Of a stretch of DNA of 64,000 nucleotides, positions 35,691 through 48,650 are shown one piece after another. The stretch lies in contig QPGO01000075.1 in the NCBI GenBank assembly GCA_008632985.1, positions 250,517 to 314,516 on the forward strand, in the 5' to 3' direction. The position numbers and the translations under genes are program-made. Source of the stretch: Psammoneis japonica (Eukaryota). The notes beneath the pieces are model-generated. The model did no database searches and had not been told where the DNA came from. It saw nothing but the letters and a program-made list of their open reading frames with translations. Each line of letters starts with the position of its first letter. Positions within the stretch are counted from its first letter, which is position 1.

Positions 35691-35873
35691 TAAAGTCTGG
35701 GAGTACAGTAAACGGAAGACAAGCAGACTCTTAGTACATTTTCTACGTAGGAAAGCTTCCGGGTTCTTCCCTACCGTCGTGTTGAATTCTGAGTCACGAT
35801 TGCTGATTCGTGGGTAGAAATAGTCTGAAATCTGTCCTTTTGACGACGAAACAACACGGTGAAGTATGGGGCA

Positions 35874-36036
35874 CCATGGCGCTCTCCGGACGCCATTTTC
35901 TCAAAATCTAGTGGGGCGCACGACTGCGTCTCGACCGTAATTAAGCTTAATAGAGAAACTTATGCCTGTACGGCCATGAGACGCTTTCACGCGCCCCATT
36001 AGATTTCGAGAATATTGCGTCCAAAGAGCGCCATGG
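35874..36036. repeat. 163-bp imperfect palindrome
   Basis: Arms 35874-35919 and 35991-36036 match 40/46 as reverse complements; further inner pairs gcgtctc/gagacgc and ccgta/tacgg. Confidence 0.9.
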
Positions 36037-36171
36037 TTTGAAGTGTTTTTGGTTGTTTTCTGACTCCTCCGTCTACGTAGAAACACAGTATAGTTCTACA
36101 TAAATTTCAAATTTTGATCTTCGGTTCGACTCAGATCACTTTGGGATACAGGCTGCCGACAACACCACACC

Positions 36172-37190
36172 ATGGGCAAGCAAAAGCAGCTACATCCAGC
36201 TAAGGCTTCGGCCCATGCCGCCATGTATTTACTGTTTGCTGCACTTGCAGAAGAAATAACATGCAAGTGGTTTACAGCAAAAGAAATCAAGCAGTTGCTC
36301 GTTCATGGAGGTGCCTCCGAGAAACTTCGAGAGGAAGACATCAGCGATGCTTTTGGTGGTGGCAAGTGCAAGCACTGCTTCGAGTCACGTAGATGGGGAA
36401 AAGACCATGATGCACATTTCAGAGGGGCAATGCACAACCAGAACAAATCCACTCCAGCCAACGAGCGGCATGTTGGGTGTTCCACTGAAGATGTCGCTTC
36501 TGTCATTCCGAGAACACATTTTAAGGATGAGCAATGTCGTGACTCGCTCGTCAGTGTTGAAACTTATTTGAGTGAAAGAGAAGATTTAGAATCTGGGAAA
36601 AGGAAAGCTGTTGTTGGAAAAGGAACACCAGCGCCTGCGACCAAGAAGAACGTGCGGGTGGTTTCTCCTGCCGAGTTTGACTCTGGCAGCAACAAGCAGT
36701 GCCGAGGCTGGTCTGGTGACAAGCACAATGCGTTGCTGCAGCAAAGTCTCAGAGCACACTTTGAGAATAAAATGGACATGAAAAATCCGTCCTTTCCTGA
36801 TGAGCTGCCTTTGCCAGAAGCCTGCATGGCATGCCAAGTGCGCCAAGGAGGGCAAGTGTCTGTGCCTTGCCAAGGTGAGCCAAGACGCAAATGAAAAACA
36901 ATTTGAAAATGACCATCAGAATGTTGGCGGTCACGACAAGCCCCATCAACTGCATTGTCAGAGAGGAGTGGCTGCCTCCGCATTTTTGAGAATGGAAAAC
37001 ACAGAGAAGAGCAACTGCTCTGGTTCAAAAAACAATGAACAGCCTGCCAAGGCTTCATTGAATGAGTTGCGACGAGCGGGAAGTCGCAAAAAACAGGCAC
37101 TGGGTGTGCCGTTGTAATTGACATTGTTGACACACATGCCATTGTTGACGCACCACCTGTGTGCTTTGACTCTGTGTCCCTCATTCTGTG
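36172..37190 (+). pseudogene. Degraded ORF of a putative mobile element (unknown product)
   Basis: 240-aa ORF with a frameshifted continuation (36800-37117); Tyr nearly absent after the first 20 codons. Confidence 0.4.
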
Positions 37191-38770
37191 AAGGAACCTC
37201 GCTTTCTCTTGTTGCTGGCCGATGCTGCCACAGCCGTCACATGCTTCCGCGTCGACAGAGACGCCCCATTGGCTTTTTGCTGTGATTGCATTTTCCAAAT
37301 TACGTCTCGGCATCTCATGTTGCCATGCTTGGCAAGAATGATGCCATGCACCTCGGTCTGCAGAGTGTCTCTTTCAGAATCAGTTTCGTCGGATGGAATG
37401 CAGTTTTCAAAGAGTTGTTTTAACTCAGCGCTCCGTTCAACGACGGCAAAGACTTGCTGGAAAAATGAATCTTTGAAATGAATGGCAACGTGCACTGTCA
37501 AATTCAAAGCATGCAAGGCCTCCATGTGACAAATGAATTGAAAGCAAGCAGGACCGACTCAAACAAGTGAATTCTTTTGAATCTCTTTTACGTCAACAAT
37601 GTCAGTTTCAACGCCCTTGCGGTCCAAGTCAGAGCGCAGACGATTGAATGAAACAAACTTTTCAATTGCAACTTTGCGCCTTGCTGCCTTTTGCTTGGCA
37701 AGTGAAAAGAGAGTCCAACCGGATGCAAAGTACACTGCACCCTTGGACCCACAAAGCACGTCGGCAACGTCCTCCTCGTTGACTCGTTCAATGAGAATTG
37801 ACGTCCCGTCTTCATTCTTGCCAAGAGACTTCACTGCAGCAGTCCAGTTTGATTCAATGAATTTGTCAAGTTGCCGGAACCAAATGCACAACACATTGTC
37901 ATCGGCATTGGTCGCGACACGGTTTTCTCGCAAGATGTCCACACAGTCCTTGGCAAATGTGAGACGAGTGTCCACCACTTTGTTGACCTGGAGCAGAATT
38001 CTCTTGTGAAGAGCAGTTCATGATGCATCTGTCATTGCGTCTGCAAACAAGTCTGTGAGTTCCTTGATCCGTCTCTGGATGCGGCCGAGCATTGGACGAA
38101 GCTCTTCAGCTTTGCCAAGTGCAGAATCAAAAACATCACGGCAGGAAATGAATGCTCCTGATTTTGTTTCCTTGTGAAAATCACAGTGACCACTGCAATG
38201 TTCCTTGACATTCAGGAAAGCAGCTTTGCAAACATTGCTGCAGTTAATTTTCTTCCAGGCATTTCGGAGCAAGGTGGTTCTATCAACATCACACACAATC
38301 CGTGACACGACGCCAAGGTCATCTTTGTACTCCTTCCAAAGACGAGATGCTTGGCTCCTCTTTTCAAGCTCAAGCCCATCAAGAAACTTGTCACATTCTT
38401 TGTCCTTGTTGAGATGGGGCATGTGCGCATCAACAGACCAGAGTCCAGCTTGAACGCGGGCGGCGAAAAAGGCGCACAAAGCCACCTTGATAGAATCGCT
38501 CGATCGAGGTAGAATTTCTTCTGCAGCGTCCATCTCAGCACCACTGGCTTCCTCTCCCAAATTCAATTGTGATGCATCAGTCACTGAGTTGTCACAGTCC
38601 CTGTGTCCTCAATTTCGTCCTGGTCTGGCCTTAAGAGTGACTCGTCACGACCGTCGTCAGGAATGTCTTTGCTGCTGATGGCAGATTGCACCCCGCTTGG
38701 AAATTCCAGGTTGACGGTGTCAGCATCAGCAACCCCACCAAACCAACAGTCATTGCTTGCAGATGACATA
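37181..38770 (-). pseudogene. Degraded ORF of a putative mobile element, convergent with ORF 36172
   Basis: Protein-like pieces 38584-38018, 37978-37559 and 37525-37181 broken by stops/frameshifts (e.g. GAVYFASGWTLFSL). Confidence 0.45.
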
Positions 38771-38814
38771 ATTCATTTACATGTTGATGTGATTTCGAAT
38801 CGCACAATGCCGGC

Positions 38815-38845
<31 letters not shown>

Positions 38846-38889
38846 CGGTGCAGCAACGGTGCCTCTACTCTAGCTCTAGAGACACAACG

Positions 38890-39058
38890 CCTTGTGTGCA
38901 ACAGAGGTGCATAAATCGTCTCGTCTGTTGTCGCCCGCGTGCAACGCACGAACGACCGATGACTCATCGTTTTGTCGTTCGTGCGCGCGCTGAGTGTGCG
39001 AATGCGCGTGTGCGAACGACAACAGACGATTTATGCACCTCTGGTGTGCATGCAAGGA
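38890..39058. repeat. Nested palindrome / hairpin
   Basis: 38902-38933 and 39017-39043 are reverse complements apart from a 5-nt duplication; inner perfect pair gcacgaacgac/gtcgttcgtgc. Confidence 0.88.
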
Positions 39059-39311
39059 GCGCAGCGAGGCTTTGTGTGAGTGTGTGTCATAAGATTTTGG
39101 CGTGTGTGTGGTGACCTGCCAAACACAAAATTCCACACGACGATAGGCGGTCTGTCCAACAATACGTTACTCCCGCATCCCTGAGCAGTGAGCAGCAATG
39201 AGCAGAATTCGCCAAAATGGTGAACTGAACGCCCCGGTCACCGGTGTTTTTGATTGACCTCTGGAGGCTTACAGCTAGGAATGGGTACCAGAAAGACTGT
39301 TTCGAGACACA

Positions 39312-40295
39312 ATGGGTGCCTCTTGTTCAAAGAAATACGATGCATTCGTTCGTATAAGTCAAGATGACTCCATACTCTTGTCGAAACTAAACGACGATCT
39401 CTTGGCACTAATCCTGTCGTTTTGTGCCACGGCTCCTCAACGGGAGACTGTCATGGATTCCTTACAGATCGATAAGTCTTTCGTTCCAGACAGAATGAAG
39501 TTGAGGATGAGGCTGAATTTCAAATACCAAGGTGGGACCTCCACACTCACTCATGAATTGCCGAGGGTGTGCTTCCGATTCAAACAAGTTTGTTATACTT
39601 CCGATTTGTTGTGGACCGATGCGTTAGCAAGATCAATGTTGATCGAGGAGTGGAATTTGAAAAGATTACTTGAGATATGGGAGTGCACAGAACTGATGCG
39701 ACTACTGCCCAACCACGATGATGAAACAGAAGAAACGCAGGTAACACTTGACGATATGAAGCAGAATATGCGAAGCTTGTGTCTAGAGCTTTCGGCTGTT
39801 TTGTCATCCAGAAAAGGCGAACAACTACCGCACATCATTAGTATTGCACGATACTTATACAAGGAACTGTGGATGAAGGAAACTTCGACTCTACCGGCCT
39901 ACTTTTCGGACGCAAGGCTCCCCGCTCTTGCTCGACCAAACGCAATTATCAATGCGAGTTTTATCCCGCTCGGCGATCCAATGGCTTTGCGCATGAGCGA
40001 ACCCAAGTATCGAATCATGGTTCGTGAGCTTGTGGAGGGACGACCTTCTTCGGAGTTGGGTGCAAGAAATGCCCTGACAAAGCCTCATCCCAAGTTTCTG
40101 TTTGTCCCACCTGCATTCCCGGCCGTGTGCGACCCACATGCCTATGTGATGTGTATCAAGCAATGCAGAATTAATTTTGACGAATCTGCTGATGTAGTGG
40201 CTGTGCCGGTTCAACTGAAAACGATTGTATCGACAGTAGAAAGGCCCGACAGTGAAGGCTTATGCGACGTTACAGTTGTCAGGCCCGCTGGCTGA
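39312..40295 (+). CDS. F-box-like protein with LON substrate-binding-like C-terminal region
   Basis: LSKLNDDLLALILSF..LPRVCFRFKQVC..DLLW (F-box-like with insertion); MALRMSEPKYRIMVRELV resembles LON-N LxxFEPRY; possible N-terminal acylation (MGASCS). Confidence 0.65.
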   Translation: MGASCSKKYDAFVRISQDDSILLSKLNDDLLALILSFCATAPQRETVMDSLQIDKSFVPDRMKLRMRLNFKYQGGTSTLTHELPRVCFRFKQVCYTSDLLWTDALARSMLIEEWNLKRLLEIWECTELMRLLPNHDDETEETQVTLDDMKQNMRSLCLELSAVLSSRKGEQLPHIISIARYLYKELWMKETSTLPAYFSDARLPALARPNAIINASFIPLGDPMALRMSEPKYRIMVRELVEGRPSSELGARNALTKPHPKFLFVPPAFPAVCDPHAYVMCIKQCRINFDESADVVAVPVQLKTIVSTVERPDSEGLCDVTVVRPAG

Positions 40296-41167
40296 TTACG
40301 CCGTATTTGAGCTATGTTTTTTCTGCACTGGGCGCTCTCGACGAAGTCGCATGCTCCCAGGTGTCATTTTAGGCGGAGTGTTTACAGTGCCAGAATTAGT
40401 TTTCGGCAAGTTTCTGACTTGCTGCGCCATGCTGGCCGTCACTACGTTGATCCTCTCCCGCTGCCAACCCGTGATTAAAATATTGGATCGCATTCCACTA
40501 CATACTGCTCTGTGTTTATGTTTGCTGTTTCTTTGACCTAACAAGCCATCTGGGGTGCAGGGTAAAAGAGTGGCACAGACAGAGGGTTGTTACTATCCAT
40601 TGTTGACCTGGTTCCGTGCCCATTTATGCCAGAGGAATCAATCTTCCAACCAACGAATTGGAGCTGTTTGGATGTTTATGATGAACGGGACGGGCTATGA
40701 TTAACTTTGTAGGAGACGAGTGCGCCTCAGGCCGTTCACTTTGGATTGCTACAACCACATTAGATGCCAAGAACTTCAATTGATATGCCTTACCGTCTTC
40801 TCATTGTACTACTAGTGTATTATTCGTAGTTGGGAGATGAAGGATTATGTTTGCGCCTACCAAATAAATGTGTCATGCGGCGCCTTCCTATCCTGCCCAC
40901 AAAGAAATTCTGTCCGTCATCATCGCTTTCTCCAAGTCAAATTTTGGCGCGAAGCAAAAAATCATCTATCCAGATATTCAGCCATTAAAGTGTCGATACT
41001 CTCCTCTCTTCCTGCGTGTGTGCGATCTTATTGATTTTTCGCTTCTGCGCCGATGTCGCTGTCATTCTTTTGCGGTTGGTGTGTTGTTGCAGCAGTTAAA
41101 GTTCTGAAGCATTGCTACGGTATCAAGCTGTAAGGATTCGGGCGACGTTCTGAAACAGACGTCAACC

Positions 41168-44100
41168 ATGCAAGAGGAGAAGAAGGACGCTGGCGTTTAC
41201 AAGCAAATCTACCCGATTGGAACCAAGTTTACCAAGGTGTTTGGAGCGCGTGGATACGAAGGTGAGGTTGAATCATTTGATGAACATGATGGGTGGTATC
41301 ACGTACTATACGAAGACGGTGATCAGGAAGATCTCCCCGAAGAAGAGCTCAAGCAGCTGCTTGAATCTCCCCCTAAAGCTGCAAAGCGCAAGAAGAAACA
41401 GTCGACTCGTTTAAGCATCGAAGACGATGACAGCGACGATGATTCTCCACCGCCCAAGAAGAAGAAGAACAAGACCGGCTCCAAGCGTAAGAAGGCTGAA
41501 GCGAAACGCAAGAGGAAGAAGGATGAGACGTCTCCCATTGAAAGTGAAGCTCCTTCACCGGACGAACAAGCCACCGAAGGAACGAGAAGTCTCCGTGCTC
41601 GAAAGGCTGTCGACTACTCTCTTAACCACGACGAACACGAGTTTACCGATAGCCATGACGAAGAGTCGGAAGAAGAAGAAAAAGTCGTCAAGCCCAAGGC
41701 TACCAAATCGAAAGCTCGTGGCAAGCCCAAGCCAGACGACTCGGACGATGAATCAGCATCCTTCAGTGAAGCGAGCTCCTCGTCAGAAGAAGAAGACTTC
41801 GACAGCGATTCTGATGTTGAGGAAAAGAAGCCAGCTGCCAAGAAGAAGGGAGAGAAGAAGTCTGCTCGAGCTGCTGCCAAGGCTGGCTCGAGCACAACGA
41901 AGAAGCAAGGCGGAAAGAAGATGTACGACTCGTTTGAGCCACTTAACGCTCCGCATTACTGTAGCTTATCTCGTGAGGAGATACGCGAGCAGAAGGAATT
42001 TCTCGATCCCTGTGGTATGGAGTGCTCAGACGAGATTGTCGAACGACTTGTCGGCGAACAAGTCGATAAAGTCGGAGGACTGCTGAAACGAGCTTGGGAA
42101 AACAACGATTATGGAAGCGAAGGAAATCCTTTGCAACTAGGAACAGCATGCTCTGGAACCGACGCGCCGGCGCTTGCGTTGACCATTGTACAAGAACAGC
42201 TCGAGCAACGAGGTCTCGCTGATTTGTTCCGTCAGACGCATCAGTTCTCCTGTGAAGTCGAACCCTTCAAGCAAGGTACGGCTCATTTCAATAAAGGAAT
42301 ACCTTGACTTGAATCAGCGATTTTCTCATGCCTTTCGTTCATTTTCATTGTCACAGGTTATCTTGAGAGAAACTTTGACTCGACGTTGTACCCGGACATC
42401 ACCAAGCTTTCTGACGACACGCCGTTGGATGTTTACGGACAGCAGAAACCAATACCTCCTTTCAACATGATTGTTGCAGGAACCTCGTGTAAGAACTTTA
42501 GTATGCTGAGATCGAAGCGACGCATCGACATTGAGGACAAGGGATGCTCTGGCGAAACATTCCTTGCAGCTGTTGAGCTTCTCATCAAGGAAAAGCCGAA
42601 AATGGCCATATTCGAAAACGTTACGAACGCGCCATGGGTAAGCGTGTCTAGAAGTGCTTTTGCTATTGAATGATTAAAATGCTGTCAGGATATATACGTC
42701 TCACTGAGTTTCATCTTTGTGACAACAGATGAAAATGCAAGAATACATACGCGGTCGCGTTAAGCTGTCTGAATGCGCAAGCACCAAAGCTATCAAAGAG
42801 AACAAGGACAAAAACAAAGATCTGACCTTTGCTCTGGATGACGACAAAATTGTTGTTGACTTTGTCCCTGCCGTCTATGGGATTCGCGCTGGTGCCGTTG
42901 TCGCAGGATTTCTACGCCCTGGCGAAAAGGAGCTGAATGAAATCACAATGAAAGGCAAAACTTGTACTCTGACAGCCCTCATGAAGGAGAATGGTATTTC
43001 GAAAGCGAAAGACACTCTCGTCTTTGAAACAAGCTGTACGTATTGTACAGAAATTATTAAAGTTGACACCAAGGCTTTTGGGTTGCCTCAGAATCGAGAA
43101 AGGATTTACATGTTCGTGTGGCAGCCGGACGACGGTGATGTCGACGATGATCTGGGTCAATACTGGAAGGAGGTTGTACGATTCCTTCAGTCGCCTTTAC
43201 GCCACTCGCTTCCTTCGTTCATCTTACAAGATGACCATGATGTACGACTGGTTACACTTTTGTATTGCTTAGCTTCAACTTGCTGATGGACATGGCTGAC
43301 ATTGTCGCTTTTTTGTATTTAGATTATCAGAGTCTTTCGTGAAGCACTCCGAGGTCCACCGGGGCGGCAAACGGCTCGTGGGGTTACGCAGGAGCCTGAT
43401 TTTTGGTGAGTGATGCTAGTGAACTACAGCCTCTTCTTAAACATTTTCTCGACATTATCTCTCACCTCTTAAAAATAAAAAGGACTTCCGCGAGCGCCAA
43501 TCTTCCTCATAATAAGACGATTCGCAAAAAGATCGGGATGGAAGATCGTGCACGCTTTCTCACCAACTGGGAAGCTTACGGGAAGAAGCAAGTTCCGCCT
43601 CATTTCTGGCTCGAGTATGTGAAGTGCATCGATCAGCGGCGGACCGATCTTCTGGATATTCTTTACGCGTCGGCGTTGCGAGATGCCGAAGCACACGACT
43701 CCAACTTTGCATCTTTCTACTGGAATACCAGTCAGAATGCCTCAAAGGAGAAGCATCGCTATGCTACTGCGGGTATAGCTGGATGTATCACGCCAGGTAG
43801 ATTCTAATTTCGGATGTCCACGCTCACGGGTTGTCTCGCGACTCACCTTGTCTGCAATTCTATTCTTTTCGTCAAAGGCGGAGACTTTGTTATTCCAAGC
43901 CAGGGAAGAGCCCTACTTGGTTGCGAGAAGCTAATGATTCAAGGAATACCGTACTTCCGCTTGGCTCTCGGAAATGAGACAGAGGTTCAGCTTGGCGATC
44001 TGGCTGGCAATGCAATGAGTCTTACCGTGGTTTGTGCTACTATGTTGGCCGCAATCTCATGCAGGCAGCTACGTAGGGAGACTCTTGAATCGAAGCATAA

Positions 44101-47100
44101 AGATGCAAGAAGCGTTTTGGAGAAGACAGCTTTATTGGAGGGATTCGAGAAGTATACTTCTTGGACAAGAATGGTTGCGACGCAAGAAGCTCGTTGCAGC
44201 TCTCCCGTCCCAATGATGCTTACGCCTGCTACTACGCTGTTTCGTGAGCTGGCGTCTCTCGCGCCAGCGGCTGTTAAGTCGTCAATTTGGTGCACGTGCG
44301 AAACGAGTGGCAGCAACTCTCTTTCTGGACAATTTCTTCAATGTCGGGTTTGTAGAGTGTCGTGTTGTCGCAACTGTATCAGCGCAACCGTAGGATATAA
44401 CCTCACAACCCACGACACCGTCGACGTCGAAATATCGGAAGAAGATCACGGTTTGATTGGCTTTCAATCACAGCTTCGACAGATTGTACCACCGACTCTT
44501 GTCTTTGGAAAGAAGGGGATAGACGAAATCGCAGGGCTCAATGGAGACGAACACCGTGTCACTGGATTGTCCAACTACGTCTTTTGTTTGCACCGAATCA
44601 AGCGAGACCGTAGAAAGTGGTTGATAATCTATTATGCAAGAGACAACCATGGAATCGGAGAGGCCGTTGCGGAATTCCGAATCTCAGTAGGCGAGCTTCG
44701 ATGTGAAGAAGTTGCGAGTTGTGAAAAAAAAATAGTTGACATTGGAATGAGAGGAGAATTGACGTCTTATTTCCCGTCGCGTACAACTCCTCTCGTGTAT
44801 GGCCCTCTTGATGCTTGTGCTATGGTCACTGTGCACCACCAAGGATCAAAGGATGTTGAATGGAAAGCAAGGGCAGAAGACACAGTCATCTCGAGCATGC
44901 GTCTCGAAGGGGAAGGGCGAACCGATTCGCCACGAGTGGAGGCCGGCCTCACAGACGTTGCGTCTGAGTCTCTTTGCGCCGCCAGCAAGACGAACAGAAA
45001 GGCGAAGCATTTTAAGACTGCTAAAGAGCGAGGCGAGGAACGACGATGGTTGTTCCCTAAGCTATGGAAGACGTGGCCCGAGAAAATCCACCTCGAAGCT
45101 CAAGGTGAGGCCAATAGGCTAGCTGGAACTTACGAGCGCGCCCCCTGCCGCCAGACCACGAATCAGTCCGCGTTGTGGATTAGGAAAGAAAGTGAAGAAA
45201 ACGATAAGGAACCGTCCTTGTATATTTTGATCAGGCCGAATGTGACCAGGGTTGGGCCTGACGTTGCTGTTGTGTCGGAATCTGCATCACACGAAGACAC
45301 CTCTTCGATATTAGCAGTGTTGCCTGAAGATTGGCAACCATCTGACGCATTGGACGCTGAATATCAGGATGTTAGCAATGCTTGCCTCAAGAACTGGGAA
45401 CCTATTACCATGGAGTGCAGCATTCCGTCAACAGAGATCAGGGTGCGTTCGCCGCAAGATCCTTTGGAGGTTCTCCTCGAGGTCAGCGGGTTAAGCCCGA
45501 CCGATGTGGCTTTGCTCTGTCGGAACAATACCACCAAGGAAAATCGCGTAAGGCTCGGAGTATCGACCGGGCAGAAGGCGCAGCAAACGATTCGAGTGTT
45601 CAATTCTTTGTGCGTGTCGCCCATCCTACAGCGTGCAGCTCAATCAGGATTGAAGTATGATATCACTCCGGATGCTCCCTGGACTCCAATAGCGCCTTCG
45701 GACCCAGCTGTTCCTTTTGGCTGCTGCACTACGACAGTTCCTGTTCGCCCGAAAGAGAATTGGTACTACGACAATGAACGCAGCATCTGGGACAGGCGGG
45801 CTGAACCTGGAGCTTCTCGAAGGTACTATCTACAGCTCGAATCCGCGCCTCAGCCTTTTCAGATGTGGTTGGATAAGAACGCCGGTGCGCTCAGTGTTGA
45901 GTGCTACCCGGAAGTTCTCGCGCATCGTGCTGCTGGGCAACTCATTGGAGGTCGTGGAGGAAACATGCAGGATGAAGTCGCTGTTAATTTTCGATTGTTG
46001 GATCTGGCACAGCAACGTGATCCAGTGATCAGTCCATTTAAGGTCAGCAATTGTGACGACGAGACGGCGCTTTTTGTTGAGCTCAAGGGGGATCACAAAT
46101 TGTACGAAAGGCAGCAAAAAGTCGTCTCCAAGATGGTTGCTATCGAAGACTCGAAGACGACCTTCAACGAGATTGAAATGAGTGAGCAAGAGATGCCTGG
46201 TTCGACTGGCTTGAGCTTGATTGCAAAAGCTTCCCGCGATAGGAAATTGTCTGGCGGTGTTATTGCTGACGCTATTGGGAGTGGGAAGACTGTCATCTCT
46301 ATCGCGATGATTGTCAAAGGCCTCGCCAAGGCCCGCAAGTCACGTGCGTTCCCTAACCAAAGTGGTGCAAGCCTCGTTGTTGTCCCTCCGGGGTTGATCG
46401 ACCAATGGGCGTCGGAAATAGAGAAGTTTAGTACCGGTATTGTGGTCGTCAAGATTTACGACTTTAAAGGCCTTCAAGATTTCTCTGTAAAGGACATTGT
46501 AGAAGCCGATGTCGTGATTGTTCCGGTGAACATTTTGGAGTCAAAGGGCTATCTCGAGTGTGTTGTAAAGAAGGCGGGACTTAACATCGGCGATGTGTCG
46601 GATCTCAAACTTCCGCGGTGTGCAGGCCAGAGAGAGACCCTTGGAGCGTTAGGAGTTTGGATTCCGGCAACGTCGACGGACCCTTATGCGGGTGGAAACA
46701 GCCCATTAAACCAGAAGCGAAGAAATCAGTCGGCATATTATACGCATACGTACCTTTCAAGTGTCTACGCTCTTCGTGACAAGGACTTTGGACCCTCACA
46801 GAAGGGAGTGCCTTTGGAATTCTTTGAATGGGAGAGGATTTTTGTCGATGAGATCCATGAAAGCCTCTGCACCACGAAAGCTGAAGTCGACGCAAAAAGT
46901 ATCTTCAAGGAAAAGAATCGTCGAGTCGGGAGAGAACTACTTGGTCTAACGCAAAAGGACATTCGTCGTAGACCATTACTGTTTCGAAAGGCAATCTACG
47001 GGTTGACCGGTACGCCCTTGTTGGATTCTTCGAGTAGAGTGATTGAGCTTGCGAACCTGATGGGTGGTACATACCTTGTTGGAATGTCGTCGCACTGGAG

Positions 47101-47986
47101 AAAGCTTGAACGTGAGAGCTGCCGCGACATTTTTCTTCACAACTACCTGGAGCCCAAGCAGAGTAGAGAGGTGCGACAAAGTGTCTATGCAAAGTGCCAA
47201 GAGTATCTAACCACCGCTTGCTGTCGCAATAAGACTGGGGAGGAAATGGACGGCATTGAGCTAGTCCATCACCATTGTGTAGTCAGCATGACGGAGGAAC
47301 AAGGCAAATTGTACTTGGAGAGTCAGAAAGGCATCTCTTCGGATAAGCGAAGCTTTGACATCAAGCCTGGTGACTTTGACGTTACTGCGGGTCACGATAT
47401 CAGCACGTTCCTTATGCAGAACGCCAAGCTGGAATGCCGTGGGACCGAGCTTATTCGAATAGTGAAGAGTATTCTCGCGAGAAAAGGCGACGAACATACA
47501 AAAATTATTGTCTTTGCTGACGGCAGCATTGGAGCTGGCCTAGCGGCTCGTCGTGCCTTGGATAAGTCGGGACTCGGCTGCACATATCTTGACATCAACG
47601 ATTCGGTGGAGACAAAGAACAAGAAGATTGCGTGGTATCAACGAGGGGATGCCACAAACGAAGACAAACAAAGGCCTCGTGTGTTAGTGCTTCACTTTGA
47701 GCATGCGGCTGGACTAAACCTTCAGACGGAATGCCACGACATGATTCTTTTTTCACCCCTTTACATTGGAGAGGGAGGCGCAACCAGCGATGCAGTCTCG
47801 GATGCCAGCACGGAACAGCAGGCCATTGGGAGAGTGTTTAGACCCGGACAGAGGAGCCTGGTTGTGAATCTCTTCAGGATTGAAGTTCGTGGTCCCAATG
47901 ATGAAGAGTGCCTTGATGGTCAGCTAATTCGCCGAAACACGGACAAGGAGACGATCGCAATGGCAATCAATGCTGGGGATGAGTGA
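41168..47986 (+). CDS. DNMT5: DNMT5-family C5-cytosine DNA methyltransferase with N-terminal Tudor-like domain and C-terminal SNF2 ATPase (exons 41168-42275, 42357-42637, 42729-43241, 43323-43405, 43483-43796, 43878-47986)
   Basis: Five GT-AG introns give a continuous frame. Tudor-like KVFGARGYEGEV..WYHVLYEDGDQEDL. MTase motifs GTACSGTDAP, SCEVEPFKQGYLERNF, AGTSCKNFS (SC catalytic), IFENV, GLPQNRER, CITPGG, DLAGNAMS. Cys cluster CTCE..CRVC..CCRNC. SNF2 motifs GGVIADAIGSGKT, DEIHE, LTGTP, QAIGRVFRPGQ. Confidence 0.93.
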
Positions 47987-48109
47987 AGATAATGTGGTGC
48001 TTGCTCTATTATTTGTTATTAGCTATTGTTGGTCTGTGAAGCGTTTCATTCAAGCTGGTTTGACGACTAAGAGATTAGTTAACCTCACCCAACACCATTG
48101 ACTCCTCAT

Positions 48110-48350
48110 TTACCAGGTAGCTATGTTCCCTTCTGTAGCTAGGTAGAGAGCCGAGAGTGCTGTCGCTCGCTCTCTCACCACTCTACTAGAGGTGGTAGAC
48201 TAGCTAGAGGGCCCTCTAGCTAGCGAGAGTACTACTGGTAGTATGTAGCTAGGACTTAGGACTCTCCCTCGCTCTTTGCCTACCGTACTGAATAGTCTCT
48301 TATTAGAGAGCTCCAGGTACTTGATATTCCTAGCTCTCTTGGAAGGAGAT
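48110..48350. repeat. CTAG/TAGAG/TACT-rich low-complexity tract
   Basis: gactagctagagggccctctagctagcgagagtactactggtagta; same vocabulary as 35380-35600. Confidence 0.7.
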
Positions 48351-48650
48351 AGAAGCAGCTATGGATGGATCTATCTTCTACCGTATGTCGTCTCCGCTCA
48401 CGTTTTTACGCTACATACGGTACCGGTACGTCGGTGACCCGCCCACCCGCCCGAAATCCGAAATTACATCGGTCTGTAGGTTGTACGGTAAACAAGAAAG
48501 AAACCCGGAAATGGGCTGCTATAGTACCGTGTACAGTGGTACCGTATGATGTGCGTCGCACTTGCAATGGCCTCTCGCCCGCCGCGACTGTCAAGGCAAG
48601 GTCGAGGAAGAAGGGCTTCAAACTGCACGACAAAGACGAGACCATAAGAC

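Larger units (their letters stand above)
36300..39120. other. Hypermutated domain III: TpA-depleted, CpG largely retained
   Basis: Few TA but many CG, e.g. cgtgacacgacgcc, tcggcaacgtcctcctcgttgactcg. Confidence 0.8.
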
